DNA of 64,000 nucleotides from Myxococcales bacterium (GTDB lineage: Bacteria; Myxococcota_A; Polyangia; Polyangiales; DASUME01): the NCBI GenBank assembly GCA_047601445.1, contig JASGJH010000001.1:8160001-8224000 (forward strand), given 5' to 3'. Each line of letters begins with the position of its first letter. The first letter of the stretch is position 1. Both the position numbers and the translations under genes were made by a program. Of the stretch, positions 27,759-37,853 are shown piece after piece. The notes beneath the pieces are model-generated. The model saw only the letters and a program-made list of their open reading frames with translations, did not search any database and was not told the DNA's origin.

Positions 27759-28259
27759 TCAGCGTTGCGGTCCGACCAAGGTGCGCAGGACGCTGGTGGC
27801 GACCACGTCTCCTTGGGCATCGCGCATGGTGACTTGTACCTGGTATTCGGCGCGTACGCTGCTCGGGATGGCAGGACAGCGCCCCTCGGCGGTGATGGGG
27901 CCGCGAGCCTTTTTCACGTAGTCGATGGAGAGCCCCGCCACGATGAAGCGCGCGTCGGCAGGCATGGTGTAGGCGAGCGAAAGATTGCCCGCGAGCTCCG
28001 CCAAGTTGGCGAGCGCGATGGCATGCACGCACTGAAGGTGATTGCGCACGGCCGGGCGATCGGCGAGCAAGACCTTGGAGCCGTGCGGGCCGAGTTCGAG
28101 CACCTGCGCGCCGATGCTGCCCGTGTAGGGAGCCAAACGACCCACGCCTTGGCTGAAGATCTGCTTACCGAAGGGCAGCCCGGAGAGCTTGTCCCAGGCA
28201 GCGCGCAGCGTCCCCGCGGCATTTTCGCCAGAGGGCACGAAAGGTAGGGTGAGTTTCAA
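27759..28259 (-). CDS. Hotdog-fold (DUF4442/PaaI-like) protein
   Basis: APYTGSIG, VRNHLQCVHAIALANLAE, IDYVKKARG. Confidence 0.85.
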   Translation of the reverse strand: MKLTLPFVPSGENAAGTLRAAWDKLSGLPFGKQIFSQGVGRLAPYTGSIGAQVLELGPHGSKVLLADRPAVRNHLQCVHAIALANLAELAGNLSLAYTMPADARFIVAGLSIDYVKKARGPITAEGRCPAIPSSVRAEYQVQVTMRDAQGDVVATSVLRTLVGPQR

Positions 28260-28437
28260 GGGGGGCTCCTCGCAGCGCGCAAACTGGCAGTTGAGGCCCG
28301 GCTGTCAAGCCACGCGCGTCTGGATTTGTGCGGTGAATCTTCAGTGTTGTGGGGCGTCTTTCGTTGCACCGCGAGGACTGGTCCGTGACGCGTGCGCGCG
28401 TTAGGGTTCGCACTCCCGGAAAGGACGAAGTTGAGCC

Positions 28438-29319
28438 ATGCCGCATTTGGGTTCGCGCGCGACACCACGCCTGCTTTCGGTGTCCTTCTACGGTGCCCTG
28501 GCGCTGATGACAGGCTGCGCCAGCTGCTCGTACAGCGCCTCGTACAGCAGCCGCACTGGCAGCTCCGCGACCTCGGGTGGTGAGCGCACGCACGTCGAGC
28601 ATCATCACCACGAGCAGGGCCCGCGGGGCAGCATCCACGTATCGGCGGGTTCGCAGCCGCCGCGTCCTTCCACACACCACGAGCATCACGGTCGGCATGA
28701 CTCGGGTCAGCCCGTCGTGCACTCGACGCCGCAGCCAGGTGCCCCAGCTGGGGGCCAGGGCGGTGCCGGCGGCGTGGCAACTGGCGCGCCCGGCAGCAAC
28801 GGTGGCGCTGGGGGAAGTGGCTCGGTACACGGCGGCATCGGCGGCGCGCCCGCGGGCAATGGCGCCGGCGGCGTCGTCGCGGGCGGCACGGGCCAGCCAA
28901 GCGGCGGCAGCAACCCCGGGCAACAAGGCTCCGGCGGCGCAGTCACGCCTGCGCCCGATCATGGCGGCACCCCCACGCCCAGCTCGCCTGGCCCGCGCCC
29001 GAGCATGGCCGAGGTGGCCGCGCTGCCGCGGCCGGGAGCTGGCGAAGGCATGGCGAGCGTGGCCGCTCCCAACACGAAAGCTGGCTCGGCGGAGCAGGTG
29101 CAGGGCCGCGATCCCAGTGGTCCCAAGCCCGGCGAAGCCGCCAATCGCCCGGTGCATCCGGTGACGGCTCCGGTTGGCAAGCGCACCACCAAGGCGCTGC
29201 CCTCGAAGGGAAGCCGCGACGCGCAGAAGCAGGAAGTCGACAAGCAGGGTGGCTCGCGCCAGAAGGACTCTGCTCAGCAGAGTGGGGGCGAGAAGTCGGC
29301 GGGCCAGAAGAAGCGCTGA
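28438..29319 (+). CDS. Low-complexity His/Gly/Pro-rich putative lipoprotein
   Basis: LALMTGC lipobox-like; HVEHHHHE and HHEHHGRH; Gly-rich middle; Lys/Gln-rich tail. Confidence 0.55.
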   Translation: MPHLGSRATPRLLSVSFYGALALMTGCASCSYSASYSSRTGSSATSGGERTHVEHHHHEQGPRGSIHVSAGSQPPRPSTHHEHHGRHDSGQPVVHSTPQPGAPAGGQGGAGGVATGAPGSNGGAGGSGSVHGGIGGAPAGNGAGGVVAGGTGQPSGGSNPGQQGSGGAVTPAPDHGGTPTPSSPGPRPSMAEVAALPRPGAGEGMASVAAPNTKAGSAEQVQGRDPSGPKPGEAANRPVHPVTAPVGKRTTKALPSKGSRDAQKQEVDKQGGSRQKDSAQQSGGEKSAGQKKR

Positions 29320-29327
29320 GCGTCGAT

Positions 29328-30749
29328 TTGGCAACGCTGCGCGCCGAGCGATCAAGTAGTACTGGCGGCGTGCGACGCGTGATGTTGATTGGGCTCGACT
29401 GTGTGCCGCCCGCGCTGGCCTTCGAGCGTGGGGCGAGCCTGATGCCGAACTTGGCTTCGCTCATGCGCCGAGGAGCCTGGGGGACGCTGCACTCGACCAT
29501 GCCACCCATTACCGTGCCGGCCTGGACGAGCATGGTGAGCGGTCGCGATCCCGGGGAGCTCGGCCTGTATGGGTTTCGTATGCGCCGTGCCCGCAGCTAC
29601 GAGCTCTCCATGGTGCAGAGCACGGATGTCCGCTGCGAGCGCGTGTGGGACGTGATCGCGCGCCATGGGCGCCGCTCGAGCGTTCTCTTCGTGCCGCCCT
29701 CCTATCCGCCTTTCCCCGTGCAGGGGGAGCTCGTGAGTTGCTTCCTCACGCCCGACGGGCAGAGCCCGTGCACCTATCCGACGCCGCTGCGTGGCGAGCT
29801 CTCGGCGCGCTTCGGCGCCTACGTTCCTGACGTCGAAGTGCGCTCGCGCGCGCCCGAGGGACTGGTGAACGAGCTGGTGGCCATGACCCGCCAGCACTTC
29901 GCGATGGCGCGGTACGTCTGGCAGACCCGCGAGGCGGACTTCCTGATGATGGTGGAGATCGGCCCGGATCGATTGCACCACGCGAGCTATCAGCACCTCG
30001 ATGCTGGCCATCCGAAACACGATCCGAGCGCGCCCGGCGTGGCCGAAGCCGAGCGCTACTACCGGGAGCTCGATCGAGAGCTAGGCCAGTTGGTGGCGCT
30101 GGCCGATGCCGATACGGCCGTGCTCGTGGCGAGCGATCACGGGGCGCGCCCATTGCGCTCGGCGTTCTGCATCAACGAGTGGCTGATCGAGCGCGGCTTT
30201 CTGTGTTTGCGCGAGCGGCCAGGCAAAGCTCAGCCGCTCAAGCCCTCGATGATCGACTTCACGCGGACGCGCGCCTGGGCAGAGGGCGGCTACTACGCGC
30301 GCGTGTTCCTGAACGTGCGTGGCAGAGAACCCGAGGGATGCGTCGAACCGGAGCAGGCCGAGGCCCTGTGCAGGGAGCTGCGCCAAGCACTACTGGACGT
30401 GAGTGGGCCTCGGGGCGAACGTTGGCTCAACCGCGTGGAGGCTCCGCGCGAGCTCTATCGCGACGTGCGCGGGGACGCTCCGGATCTGCTCGCTGTCTTC
30501 GACGACCTCAACGTGCGTGCGCTGGCCACGGTAGGTGGCGCCGGTCTCCACAGCGACTCCGACGATCGCGGCGCCGACGCGTGCAACCATGATTGGCGTG
30601 GCATCTTCGTGCTCGCTGGGGCGGGGGTGACCGTGCGCGGCGAGTTGCCCGAATGCAGCATCTACGACGTTGGCGCGACCATCCTCGGACTGTTCGCGGT
30701 CGACAAGCCCGCCGATTGGCTCGGACAGGATCGGAGTCGAGCGTCATGA
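29328..30749 (+). CDS. Alkaline-phosphatase-superfamily nucleotide pyrophosphatase/phosphodiesterase-like protein (start uncertain)
   Basis: IGLDC, STMPPITVPAWTSMVSG, DRLHH, ASDHG, NHDWRG. Confidence 0.88.
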   Translation: MATLRAERSSSTGGVRRVMLIGLDCVPPALAFERGASLMPNLASLMRRGAWGTLHSTMPPITVPAWTSMVSGRDPGELGLYGFRMRRARSYELSMVQSTDVRCERVWDVIARHGRRSSVLFVPPSYPPFPVQGELVSCFLTPDGQSPCTYPTPLRGELSARFGAYVPDVEVRSRAPEGLVNELVAMTRQHFAMARYVWQTREADFLMMVEIGPDRLHHASYQHLDAGHPKHDPSAPGVAEAERYYRELDRELGQLVALADADTAVLVASDHGARPLRSAFCINEWLIERGFLCLRERPGKAQPLKPSMIDFTRTRAWAEGGYYARVFLNVRGREPEGCVEPEQAEALCRELRQALLDVSGPRGERWLNRVEAPRELYRDVRGDAPDLLAVFDDLNVRALATVGGAGLHSDSDDRGADACNHDWRGIFVLAGAGVTVRGELPECSIYDVGATILGLFAVDKPADWLGQDRSRAS

Positions 30750-32407
30750 GCACGCGCTCGCTGGTCGTGGGGCTCGACGGAGCCGACCTGGAGATCGTCC
30801 TCGCCCTTGGCCGCGAGCGACTACCCGAGTTGTTCGCGCTGATGGATCGAGGCGTGTTCGCGCATCAGTTGAGCGTGCAGCCGCCGGCTACCTTGCCCAA
30901 CTGGACGACCTTTCTCACGGGGGTGGATCCCGGGCGCCATGGAGTGTTCGATTTCACCGTGCGCGACGGATACGCGGTGGCGTTTCGCGCGGGCACCGTG
31001 CGCGAGACGCCCACCTGGATCGCTCGGCTCGACCGACTCGGGATGCGCTGCGCCTGCGTCGGGTTTCCAGCCACGTGGCCGCCCGAGCGCCTGCGGCACG
31101 GCGTCTTCATCAGCGGCTGGGATGCGCCCGTGGCCTTCGAGGCGGATGCCTCGTTCGTGTGGCCGCGCGCGTTGTATGGGACCTTGATGCGGCGCTTCGC
31201 TGCGCTGCGCTTCGACGAAGTCGACCAGTTTCGAGCCGACGCGCCAGGATTTCACGCCGCCCTGGGGGACAGCTTGGTGGCGAAGGTCGAGGCGCGCAGC
31301 GATCTCGCGAGCTACTTGCTTGCCATGCGCCGTTGGGACGTGTTCGCGTTCTACTTCGGGGAGAGCGACACGGCCTCGCACTACCTGTGGAGTTTGCACG
31401 ACGAGGGGGCGCCGAGGCGGCCGGCTCGAGTGAGTGCGAGCGAGGCCACGGGGTTGACGCGCGTCTACCAACAGCTCGATCGCGCGCTGGGGAGGTTGGT
31501 GCGGGAGGCCGGGCCCGACGTGGAGATCACCGTGGTGAGCGACCACGGCTCGGGCGGGTCGTCCGACAAGGTGGTGTACTTGAATCGCGCGCTGGCGCAG
31601 CTGGGACTCTTGAGCTTCAAGCCGAACATGCAACGGGCGAATGCGGCCGGCGGGGTCAAACGTCTCGCGCTCGAACGCCTGTCCCCGCGCTGGCGCGATC
31701 GGCTTTTTCGCGCGGCGGGTGCACGCTTGCCGAGCTGGCTCGAATCTCGCGCTCGCTTCGCGCGCATCGACATGGCCCGCACCCAGGCCTTCAGCGACGA
31801 GCTCAACTACTTTCCTGCGGTCCATTTCAACGTCAAGGGCCGCGAGCCGCAGGGCACGGTCGAGCCAACCCAGCTGCCGGCGCTGCGAGCGCGCGTGACA
31901 GAGGGGCTGCTGTCGCTGCGCGATCCCTTCTCTGGCCGGCCACTCGTCACGCGCGTGATGCCGCGCGAGGAACTGTTCGACGGTCCTTGGGTGCAGCGCG
32001 CTCCCGACCTCTTGCTCGAGCTCCGGCTCGATCGCGGCTACAGCTACAACTTGATGCCTTCGCCATCCGCGGGGAGCGACATCGTGGTGCGCCTCGAGCC
32101 CCATGATTATCTGGGCAAAAAGGGGCGTAGCTTGCCCGGCAGTCATCGCCCGCGTGGGCTGTTCATCGCCGCGGGCCCGCGCGTCGCGGCGCGCGGCCAG
32201 ATCGAAGCGACGATCGCCGACGCCGCAGCCAGCGTCCTCTCGCGCTTGGACGTCGCGCCGCCCGAGCATGCAGCGGGGAGCGTGCCGCATGCGCTCGACG
32301 CCGGCGGCCCGCTGCGCGACCTGCCCGAGGCCGCGCCTCGACTGGTTGGCCTGGGTGATCAGGGAGCGCTCGAGCGTCGCCTGCGAGCCCTGGGCTACGT
32401 GGATTGA
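30746..32407 (+). CDS. Second alkaline-phosphatase-superfamily NPP-like protein
   Basis: VGLDGA, PPATLPNWTTFLTG..PGRHGVFDF, VSDHG, GSHRPRG, LRALGYVD; ATGA overlap. Confidence 0.88.
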   Translation: MSTRSLVVGLDGADLEIVLALGRERLPELFALMDRGVFAHQLSVQPPATLPNWTTFLTGVDPGRHGVFDFTVRDGYAVAFRAGTVRETPTWIARLDRLGMRCACVGFPATWPPERLRHGVFISGWDAPVAFEADASFVWPRALYGTLMRRFAALRFDEVDQFRADAPGFHAALGDSLVAKVEARSDLASYLLAMRRWDVFAFYFGESDTASHYLWSLHDEGAPRRPARVSASEATGLTRVYQQLDRALGRLVREAGPDVEITVVSDHGSGGSSDKVVYLNRALAQLGLLSFKPNMQRANAAGGVKRLALERLSPRWRDRLFRAAGARLPSWLESRARFARIDMARTQAFSDELNYFPAVHFNVKGREPQGTVEPTQLPALRARVTEGLLSLRDPFSGRPLVTRVMPREELFDGPWVQRAPDLLLELRLDRGYSYNLMPSPSAGSDIVVRLEPHDYLGKKGRSLPGSHRPRGLFIAAGPRVAARGQIEATIADAAASVLSRLDVAPPEHAAGSVPHALDAGGPLRDLPEAAPRLVGLGDQGALERRLRALGYVD

Positions 32408-32410
32408 GGC

Positions 32411-33568
32411 ATGCGCACCCTGCACGTCGCTGCGCTGGCCCATCCAACCCGTCAAGGAACGCAAGCTGCGCTGCACAGCATGCTGTCCGCGTTGGCCCAG
32501 GCGGGGCACGACACGCACCTCCACTGCTATCCGCTTCACGACGGGGCAGGCCGCGGTTCAGGCGCTGACTACCAGGTTCACCGGCCCGCCTCGGCCTTGT
32601 CGCCGCGCTCGACACGCTCGGGGCCGAGCCTGGAGAAGCTGCTGCTCGACGCGCTGCTGGCTCGCGACTTGAGGCCGCTGTGCGCGCGGCTCGAGCCGGA
32701 CGTCGTGATCGCCCATCACGTGGAGGCAGCCATGTGTTGTCTGCGCCTCGCGAAGCCCGTGCTGTTCATGGCGCACACCAGCCTGGCAGCCGAGCTGCCG
32801 AGCTATTTCTCGCCTCGTTTCGCAGGGCCCTTGCGTGGCATGGGGGAGGGGCTCGATCGCTTCCTGTGCCGCGCGAGCACGCGCGCGCTCGCAGTCTCCC
32901 CGCTGCTCGCGGACATGTTGGCCGCGCAGTCCGCTCGGCCCGTGTCGGCGATTCGGGTCCCGTGGACTACGCCCGAGCCCATGAGCGCGGAAGAGCGCGC
33001 GCACGCGCGTCGCAGCCTCGGGCTCACGTCGGAGCACGAGGTCTTGCTGTATGCGGGCAACCTTGACGCTTACCAAGATCTCGATGGTTTGCTGGAGCCG
33101 CTCCATCGCCTCGCACGTCGCAGGCCCCAGCTTCGTTGGCTGATCGCGACCGAGAGCTCGTCGAGGGAATTCAGGCGCCGCCTCGAGACTGCCGGACTCG
33201 CCTCGCGCGTGATGTTCGCACCGCTTGCAGACGAGGCTCAGCGCAGGCGCGTGCACGCGGCGGCGCAGCTTGCCCTGGTTCCGCGGGGGGCCCCGGGCGG
33301 CCTCCCCATCAAGCTACTCGACGCGCTCGCGCGCGGCGTTCCCGTGGTCACCACGCGGCGCGCGAGCGCCGGGCTCGGGCTGCCTTCCGCGGCCGTGGAG
33401 TGGGTGGACGACGCCGGGAGCTGGGAGCAGGCCATCGAGCGCGTGCTTTCCGGGCAACTGCCGGTGACCTCACTCGGGCGCGCTTATATCGAGCAAGCCC
33501 ACTCGAAGGAGCGCTTCGTGTCCGACTTGATCGCACATGCCAGTGTCGCCCAAGCGTCGCACGGCTGA
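32411..33568 (+). CDS. Glycosyltransferase, GT4 family
   Basis: YAGNLDAYQ, GLPIKLLDALARGVPVV. Confidence 0.88.
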   Translation: MRTLHVAALAHPTRQGTQAALHSMLSALAQAGHDTHLHCYPLHDGAGRGSGADYQVHRPASALSPRSTRSGPSLEKLLLDALLARDLRPLCARLEPDVVIAHHVEAAMCCLRLAKPVLFMAHTSLAAELPSYFSPRFAGPLRGMGEGLDRFLCRASTRALAVSPLLADMLAAQSARPVSAIRVPWTTPEPMSAEERAHARRSLGLTSEHEVLLYAGNLDAYQDLDGLLEPLHRLARRRPQLRWLIATESSSREFRRRLETAGLASRVMFAPLADEAQRRRVHAAAQLALVPRGAPGGLPIKLLDALARGVPVVTTRRASAGLGLPSAAVEWVDDAGSWEQAIERVLSGQLPVTSLGRAYIEQAHSKERFVSDLIAHASVAQASHG

Positions 33569-33629
33569 AGCCACGGTCTTTGGAACGAGCTTTTTTCGAC
33601 GGCCAATCCAGCGATGGTAGGGTGCGCCC

Positions 33630-35973
33630 ATGGCCCGGAATCCAGCCACCAAGCAGCTTTTTCTCGACCCCCGCGCCGGCCTCCTCGGGCTCGCCCTGTT
33701 CCTGTCTCCGCACCTCTCGGCATGCACCACGGCCACCGCCGAGGGCGCCGCGGGCTTGACCGCGCAACGTCCGGGCTCCTCCCGGGCGGCCAACCCGGCC
33801 CCCTCTGCATCCGCGCCCCCGAGCGTCGCGCCCGCGCAGCCTGTTGCGGTCGCTGCCAATCCCAACCCCGCGGGACGTCGCGTCTTCTACGACCTGGTGG
33901 CTCACCGCGACGACGCCGAGCTCTTCGTGGGGCGCTCGCTGATCGTGGATTTCGGCACGTCTGGCGACGCCAAGTACACGCTCGGCGGCTGGGGTACGCG
34001 CGTGCGCGGCTCGCTCGTCATCGACGGCGTGAGTGCGACCCTGGTGCGTGGCACCCATGGCGACGTGATCCTCCCGCTGCCCTTCGACGGCGGCGCGAGC
34101 GTGCTGGTGAACCTGCGGGCCCCCCGCGACGGCGAGGTCACCGCGTACCTCGGAGATACCGTGGTGGCGCGCCTCAAGACCGACAAGACCCGCTTCAATA
34201 CCGTGCGCATCGACCTGCCGAGCAACCTCGCCACGCGCGGCGAGCACCTGCTGCGTCTACGGGCGAGCGGCATGTCCACGCTCGGCAAGGAGAGCGCCTC
34301 GCTCGCGATTGACTGGCTGAGCGTTGCCTCCAGCCAGGACACGCCCGCCACCCCCGTGCTCTCGGCCGCCGCGGCTGCACCCGGGTCGCTCTCGATTCCC
34401 GCCGGACAAAGCCTGAGTTACACCTTCCTGGTGCCGTCCCAGGCCCGCCTCGCTGGCGAGACATCGGGGCGCCTGCAGCTGACGGCCACGCTCGACGACC
34501 TGTCCGAAGTCGATCTGGGAGGTTGGGGACCGGGCAAGCTCGACGTCGATCTCGGCAAGCTCGCCGGAAAGGTCGCGCGACTGAATCTCACCGCCGCGGC
34601 TGATCTCGCGCTGTCTCGAGCACAGGTCTCGATTCCCCAGGCCGAGGCCCCGCGCAAGCTCGAGAAGCCCGTGCGCAACGTCCTCGTCTACCTGATCGAC
34701 ACCCTGCGCGCCGACCACCTCAAGCCCTTCAACGCAAACACGCGCGTGCGCACGCCTGGACTCGACGAGCTGGTGGCCCTCGGCAGCGCCGTCTTCAGCT
34801 CGGCCCATACCCAGGAGAACTGGACCAAGCCCAGCGTAGCTACCTTGCTCTCCTCGCTCTTGCCTTGGGAGCACCACGCCGTCACGACGGAGGCCGTCGT
34901 CCCCGCGGAGGTCAAGCTCTTGCCCGAGCTCCTGCAGGAGCGCGGGTTCCACACGGGCGCGTTCATCGCCAACGGCTACGTGTCCGACAAGTTCGGCTTC
35001 AAGCAAGGCTGGGACAGCTTCCGCAACTACATCCGCGAAGGACGCTATTCACGCGCGGAGTTCCTGGCGGCCGACGTCGTCGAGTGGCTCGACAAGCGCC
35101 CCGAGAAGCTGCCCTTCTTCCTCTACGTGCACGCCATCGATCCGCACGTCCCCTACAAGCCCACCGCCGAGTTCCTCTCGCTCTACAATCCCTTGCCCTA
35201 CGACGGCGTGGTGGACTTCTCGGATGACACCGCCTTGCTCGAGAAGATCAAGAATCGGTCAGGTCAAGCTCAAGGACCGCGACAAGGTCCACCTCGAGGC
35301 CCTGTACGACAGCGAGATCAGCTACCACGACGTGCATTTCAGGGCGATTCTCACCGCCCTCGAGAAGCGCAAGCTCGCGGACGACACGATGGTGGTGGTG
35401 GTGGCCGACCACGGCGAGGAGTTCTGGGACCACGGCTCGGTGGGCCATGGACACAGCGTCTACGAAGAGCTCCTGCGCATTCCGATGGTGATGCGCGTGC
35501 CGGGCCTCACCACCCGGGCAGAGACCATCAAGACCTCGGCGGGCCTGGTCGACGTGATGCCCACGGTCCTCGATGCGCTGGGCGAGCCGATTCCGAGCGA
35601 GCTCAGCGGCCACTCGCTGCTGAAGGAGCTCAGCGGCAGCGGGTCGGACGCGCCGCAGGTGACCGTCTCCGGGTTCATGGATGGTTGGCGCACGGTGGTG
35701 ATCGACGGCATGAAGCTCATCCAGCGCACCGAGCGTCGCCTGATGCTGCACGACCTGGCGATCGATCCGCACGAGCAGACCGATGTGGCGTCTCAGCGGC
35801 CCCTCACCACGCGCTATTTGCGCGGCCAACTCGGTCTGGCGCTGGCCAAGAGCGAGCCCGGGCAGGGCGCAGCGAGCGGGAAGAAAGCGCACCGCGAGCA
35901 GAAGACCGACATCGACGCGGAGACCGAGGCCCAGCTGCGCGCTCTGGGGTACGTAGGGTCCTCCCGTCGCTGA
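33630..35973 (+). CDS. Sulfatase-like lipoprotein, interrupted by an apparent +1 frameshift at ~35253
   Basis: LIDTLRADHL, WTKPSVATLLS, FFLYVHAIDPHVPY in the first frame; YDSEI..VADHGEEFWDHG..GHG..LRALGYV in the next frame; removing one A at 35253-35254 joins them. Confidence 0.85.
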
Positions 35974-35994
35974 GGCTCAGCCCGGCGCGAAACG

Positions 35995-36026
35995 AAAACG
36001 CCCTCGGGCCTGGGGCACGAGGGCGT
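35995..36026 (-). terminator. Hairpin/terminator between convergent genes
   Basis: ACGCCCTCG..CGAGGGCGT stem followed by TTTCGTTT on the minus strand. Confidence 0.6.
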
Positions 36027-36053
36027 CGGATTGGATGCCGGGAGCCGAAGGGG

Positions 36054-36839
36054 TCAGGCCTTGGAGGGCCTGGGCGCCTTGCTCACGCGGCGCGCCGGGT
36101 CGAGCTCGGGGCGCGGCGGCACGTTGGGGAAGGGCAGTCCATCCGTGTACCGGAAGGACATCCCATTGACGGCGCGCGGCGCCGAGGGAGCCACGTGCCC
36201 GTTCACGGCGGGAGCTGCGGCTGCAGGCGCGGCGTGGACCACCGGAGCTTCGCGCAGCATGGCCGCGGGGCTCGGGGCGTTGGCGGGCGGCGGCATGGTG
36301 ACCACGGCGACTTCGTCGTCGTCGTCCATCATGGCCGAGCGCTCCAGCGCCGCTTGCACGTCCGCGCGGTCGGCCATCACCGTGGCCTCCTCCTCGGAGT
36401 GCGCGGGGTAGGCCTCGAGGGCCGGCTGCGAGCGGAAGTCTTCGCTGACGTCCTCGAAGCTACCCGTCTCGTGGGTCGCGTCTGGCTCCGCGTAGCCCGC
36501 GTCGTCGGTGGCGACGCCCTCCTCGGGGCCGTTGAGCATCAGGATGTGCTCGAAGATCTGCTGGCCACGCGAGTCGAACTGAAGCGAGTCGATCACGACG
36601 TCGAAGCGCTGGTGCGAGAGCCGATCCTCACCGTTGTCGACCACGGTGACGCAACGACCCACTCCGGCGAAACCGGGCGTCCCATCGTAGAGCGTGACGG
36701 CGAACTGCACCCAATCCCCCACGTCGACGACGTCGGGACCGGGCAAAATAACGTGCGTTTCGTTCACCCGTCCCACGAGTCCCTGGGCCATCTGATTGAG
36801 GTCCGTGAAGTCCGTGTGAACGGTCACCACCTGAGTCAT
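36054..36839 (-). CDS. Hypothetical protein with degenerate PilZ-like N-terminal barrel and acidic/Pro-rich tail
   Basis: VGDWVQFAVTL..G.G.CV..RFDVVI..D beta pattern; ATGA overlap with xseB. Confidence 0.55.
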   Translation of the reverse strand: MTQVVTVHTDFTDLNQMAQGLVGRVNETHVILPGPDVVDVGDWVQFAVTLYDGTPGFAGVGRCVTVVDNGEDRLSHQRFDVVIDSLQFDSRGQQIFEHILMLNGPEEGVATDDAGYAEPDATHETGSFEDVSEDFRSQPALEAYPAHSEEEATVMADRADVQAALERSAMMDDDDEVAVVTMPPPANAPSPAAMLREAPVVHAAPAAAAPAVNGHVAPSAPRAVNGMSFRYTDGLPFPNVPPRPELDPARRVSKAPRPSKA

Positions 36840-37108
36840 GGGGCTTCGTTCTCCTTGTGTCGCGTCTCAGTCATCGTCACCGTGGTGCCATCCTCACTCA
36901 GAAGTCGCTCCACCCTGCGCTCCGCATCGTCCAGTCGGGTCGCTCCCAATCGCGAGAGCCGAACCCCCTCCTCGAACAGCGTTAACGAATCTTCCAACGT
37001 GAGGTCACCTGATTCCAGTTTTTCCACGACCACGTTCAGTCGCGCGAGGATCTCTTCGAAGGCAGCGGGGGAAGCGTCGTTTCCCGTCGCATGCTGGGAT
37101 TCTCCCAT
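36836..37108 (-). CDS. xseB: Exodeoxyribonuclease VII small subunit
   Basis: FEEILARL..VVEKLESGDLTLEDSLTLFEEGVRL..LDDAERRVE. Confidence 0.94.
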   Translation of the reverse strand: MGESQHATGNDASPAAFEEILARLNVVVEKLESGDLTLEDSLTLFEEGVRLSRLGATRLDDAERRVERLLSEDGTTVTMTETRHKENEAP

Positions 37109-37238
37109 GTTTTCCCTCCGCATGGCCATGGCGTAGCGCGAGCCTATCCCCGGAAAAGCCGCGTGACCATGCCCGAGCTGTACGCGGGGGTCAACGGCTG
37201 CACTGCTTACGGGCCAAACTTATATCCCGACCCCGAGC

Positions 37239-37853
37239 TCACAGCCCCACGGACAACCGCATCCCGAACGTGTCGTACCGCAGATCGTCCATCGTGTAGA
37301 CCATGAAACTCACGCCGACGCCCACATGGAAGCCCTTGACCAGCTGGACGTCCGCCCCGAGCTCGGCCCCGATGCCCCGAAAGCCGCGGCTCAGGGGGGT
37401 ATGAAAGCGCTTTCCGAACGTGAACCCAGCCTCCCCCATGGCGACGAGGTAGGGCACCAGACGACCCAGGTCTCTAATGTGCTGGTAGCCGGCGAACAAG
37501 TGGCCGCTGATGAGCCCTTCGGAGTCTCCCTTGTGGTAGGCGCGCGTGCCGCCCTCCACGCCGCCGCCCCCGCGGAAGTAGCGCGTGGGGAGGAAGCCCG
37601 AGAAAGCAGCCGAGTTGACGATTCCGCCGCCCTGCCAGTCATGCAGTGAGTACAGCCGATAGCTGACGTCGACCTTGGGGCCCTTCCAGGGCTCGGGCTC
37701 CTTCTCGTAGTCGGCGCTGCCTGTCGAAGCTGCCGCGCTGCTGCTCGCGCGCTCCACGCTCGGGCTGTTCGTGCCGGGGTTGTCTTGGGCCTCCGCCCCC
37801 GAGATGACTCCGAGCAGACCCACCAAGAGCCAGCTGCTGAACCAGCGGTTCAT
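37239..37853 (-). CDS. Putative small outer-membrane beta-barrel protein
   Basis: Signal peptide (AEA-Q); alternating Gly/aromatic strands; ends MRLSVGL. Confidence 0.6.
   Translation of the reverse strand: MNRWFSSWLLVGLLGVISGAEAQDNPGTNSPSVERASSSAAASTGSADYEKEPEPWKGPKVDVSYRLYSLHDWQGGGIVNSAAFSGFLPTRYFRGGGGVEGGTRAYHKGDSEGLISGHLFAGYQHIRDLGRLVPYLVAMGEAGFTFGKRFHTPLSRGFRGIGAELGADVQLVKGFHVGVGVSFMVYTMDDLRYDTFGMRLSVGL

Noticed and set aside
33630..37136. 1168-aa ORF in the track
   Set aside because: Artefact of the frameshift at ~35253; the tail is out-of-frame sulfatase and antisense to xseB and its neighbour.
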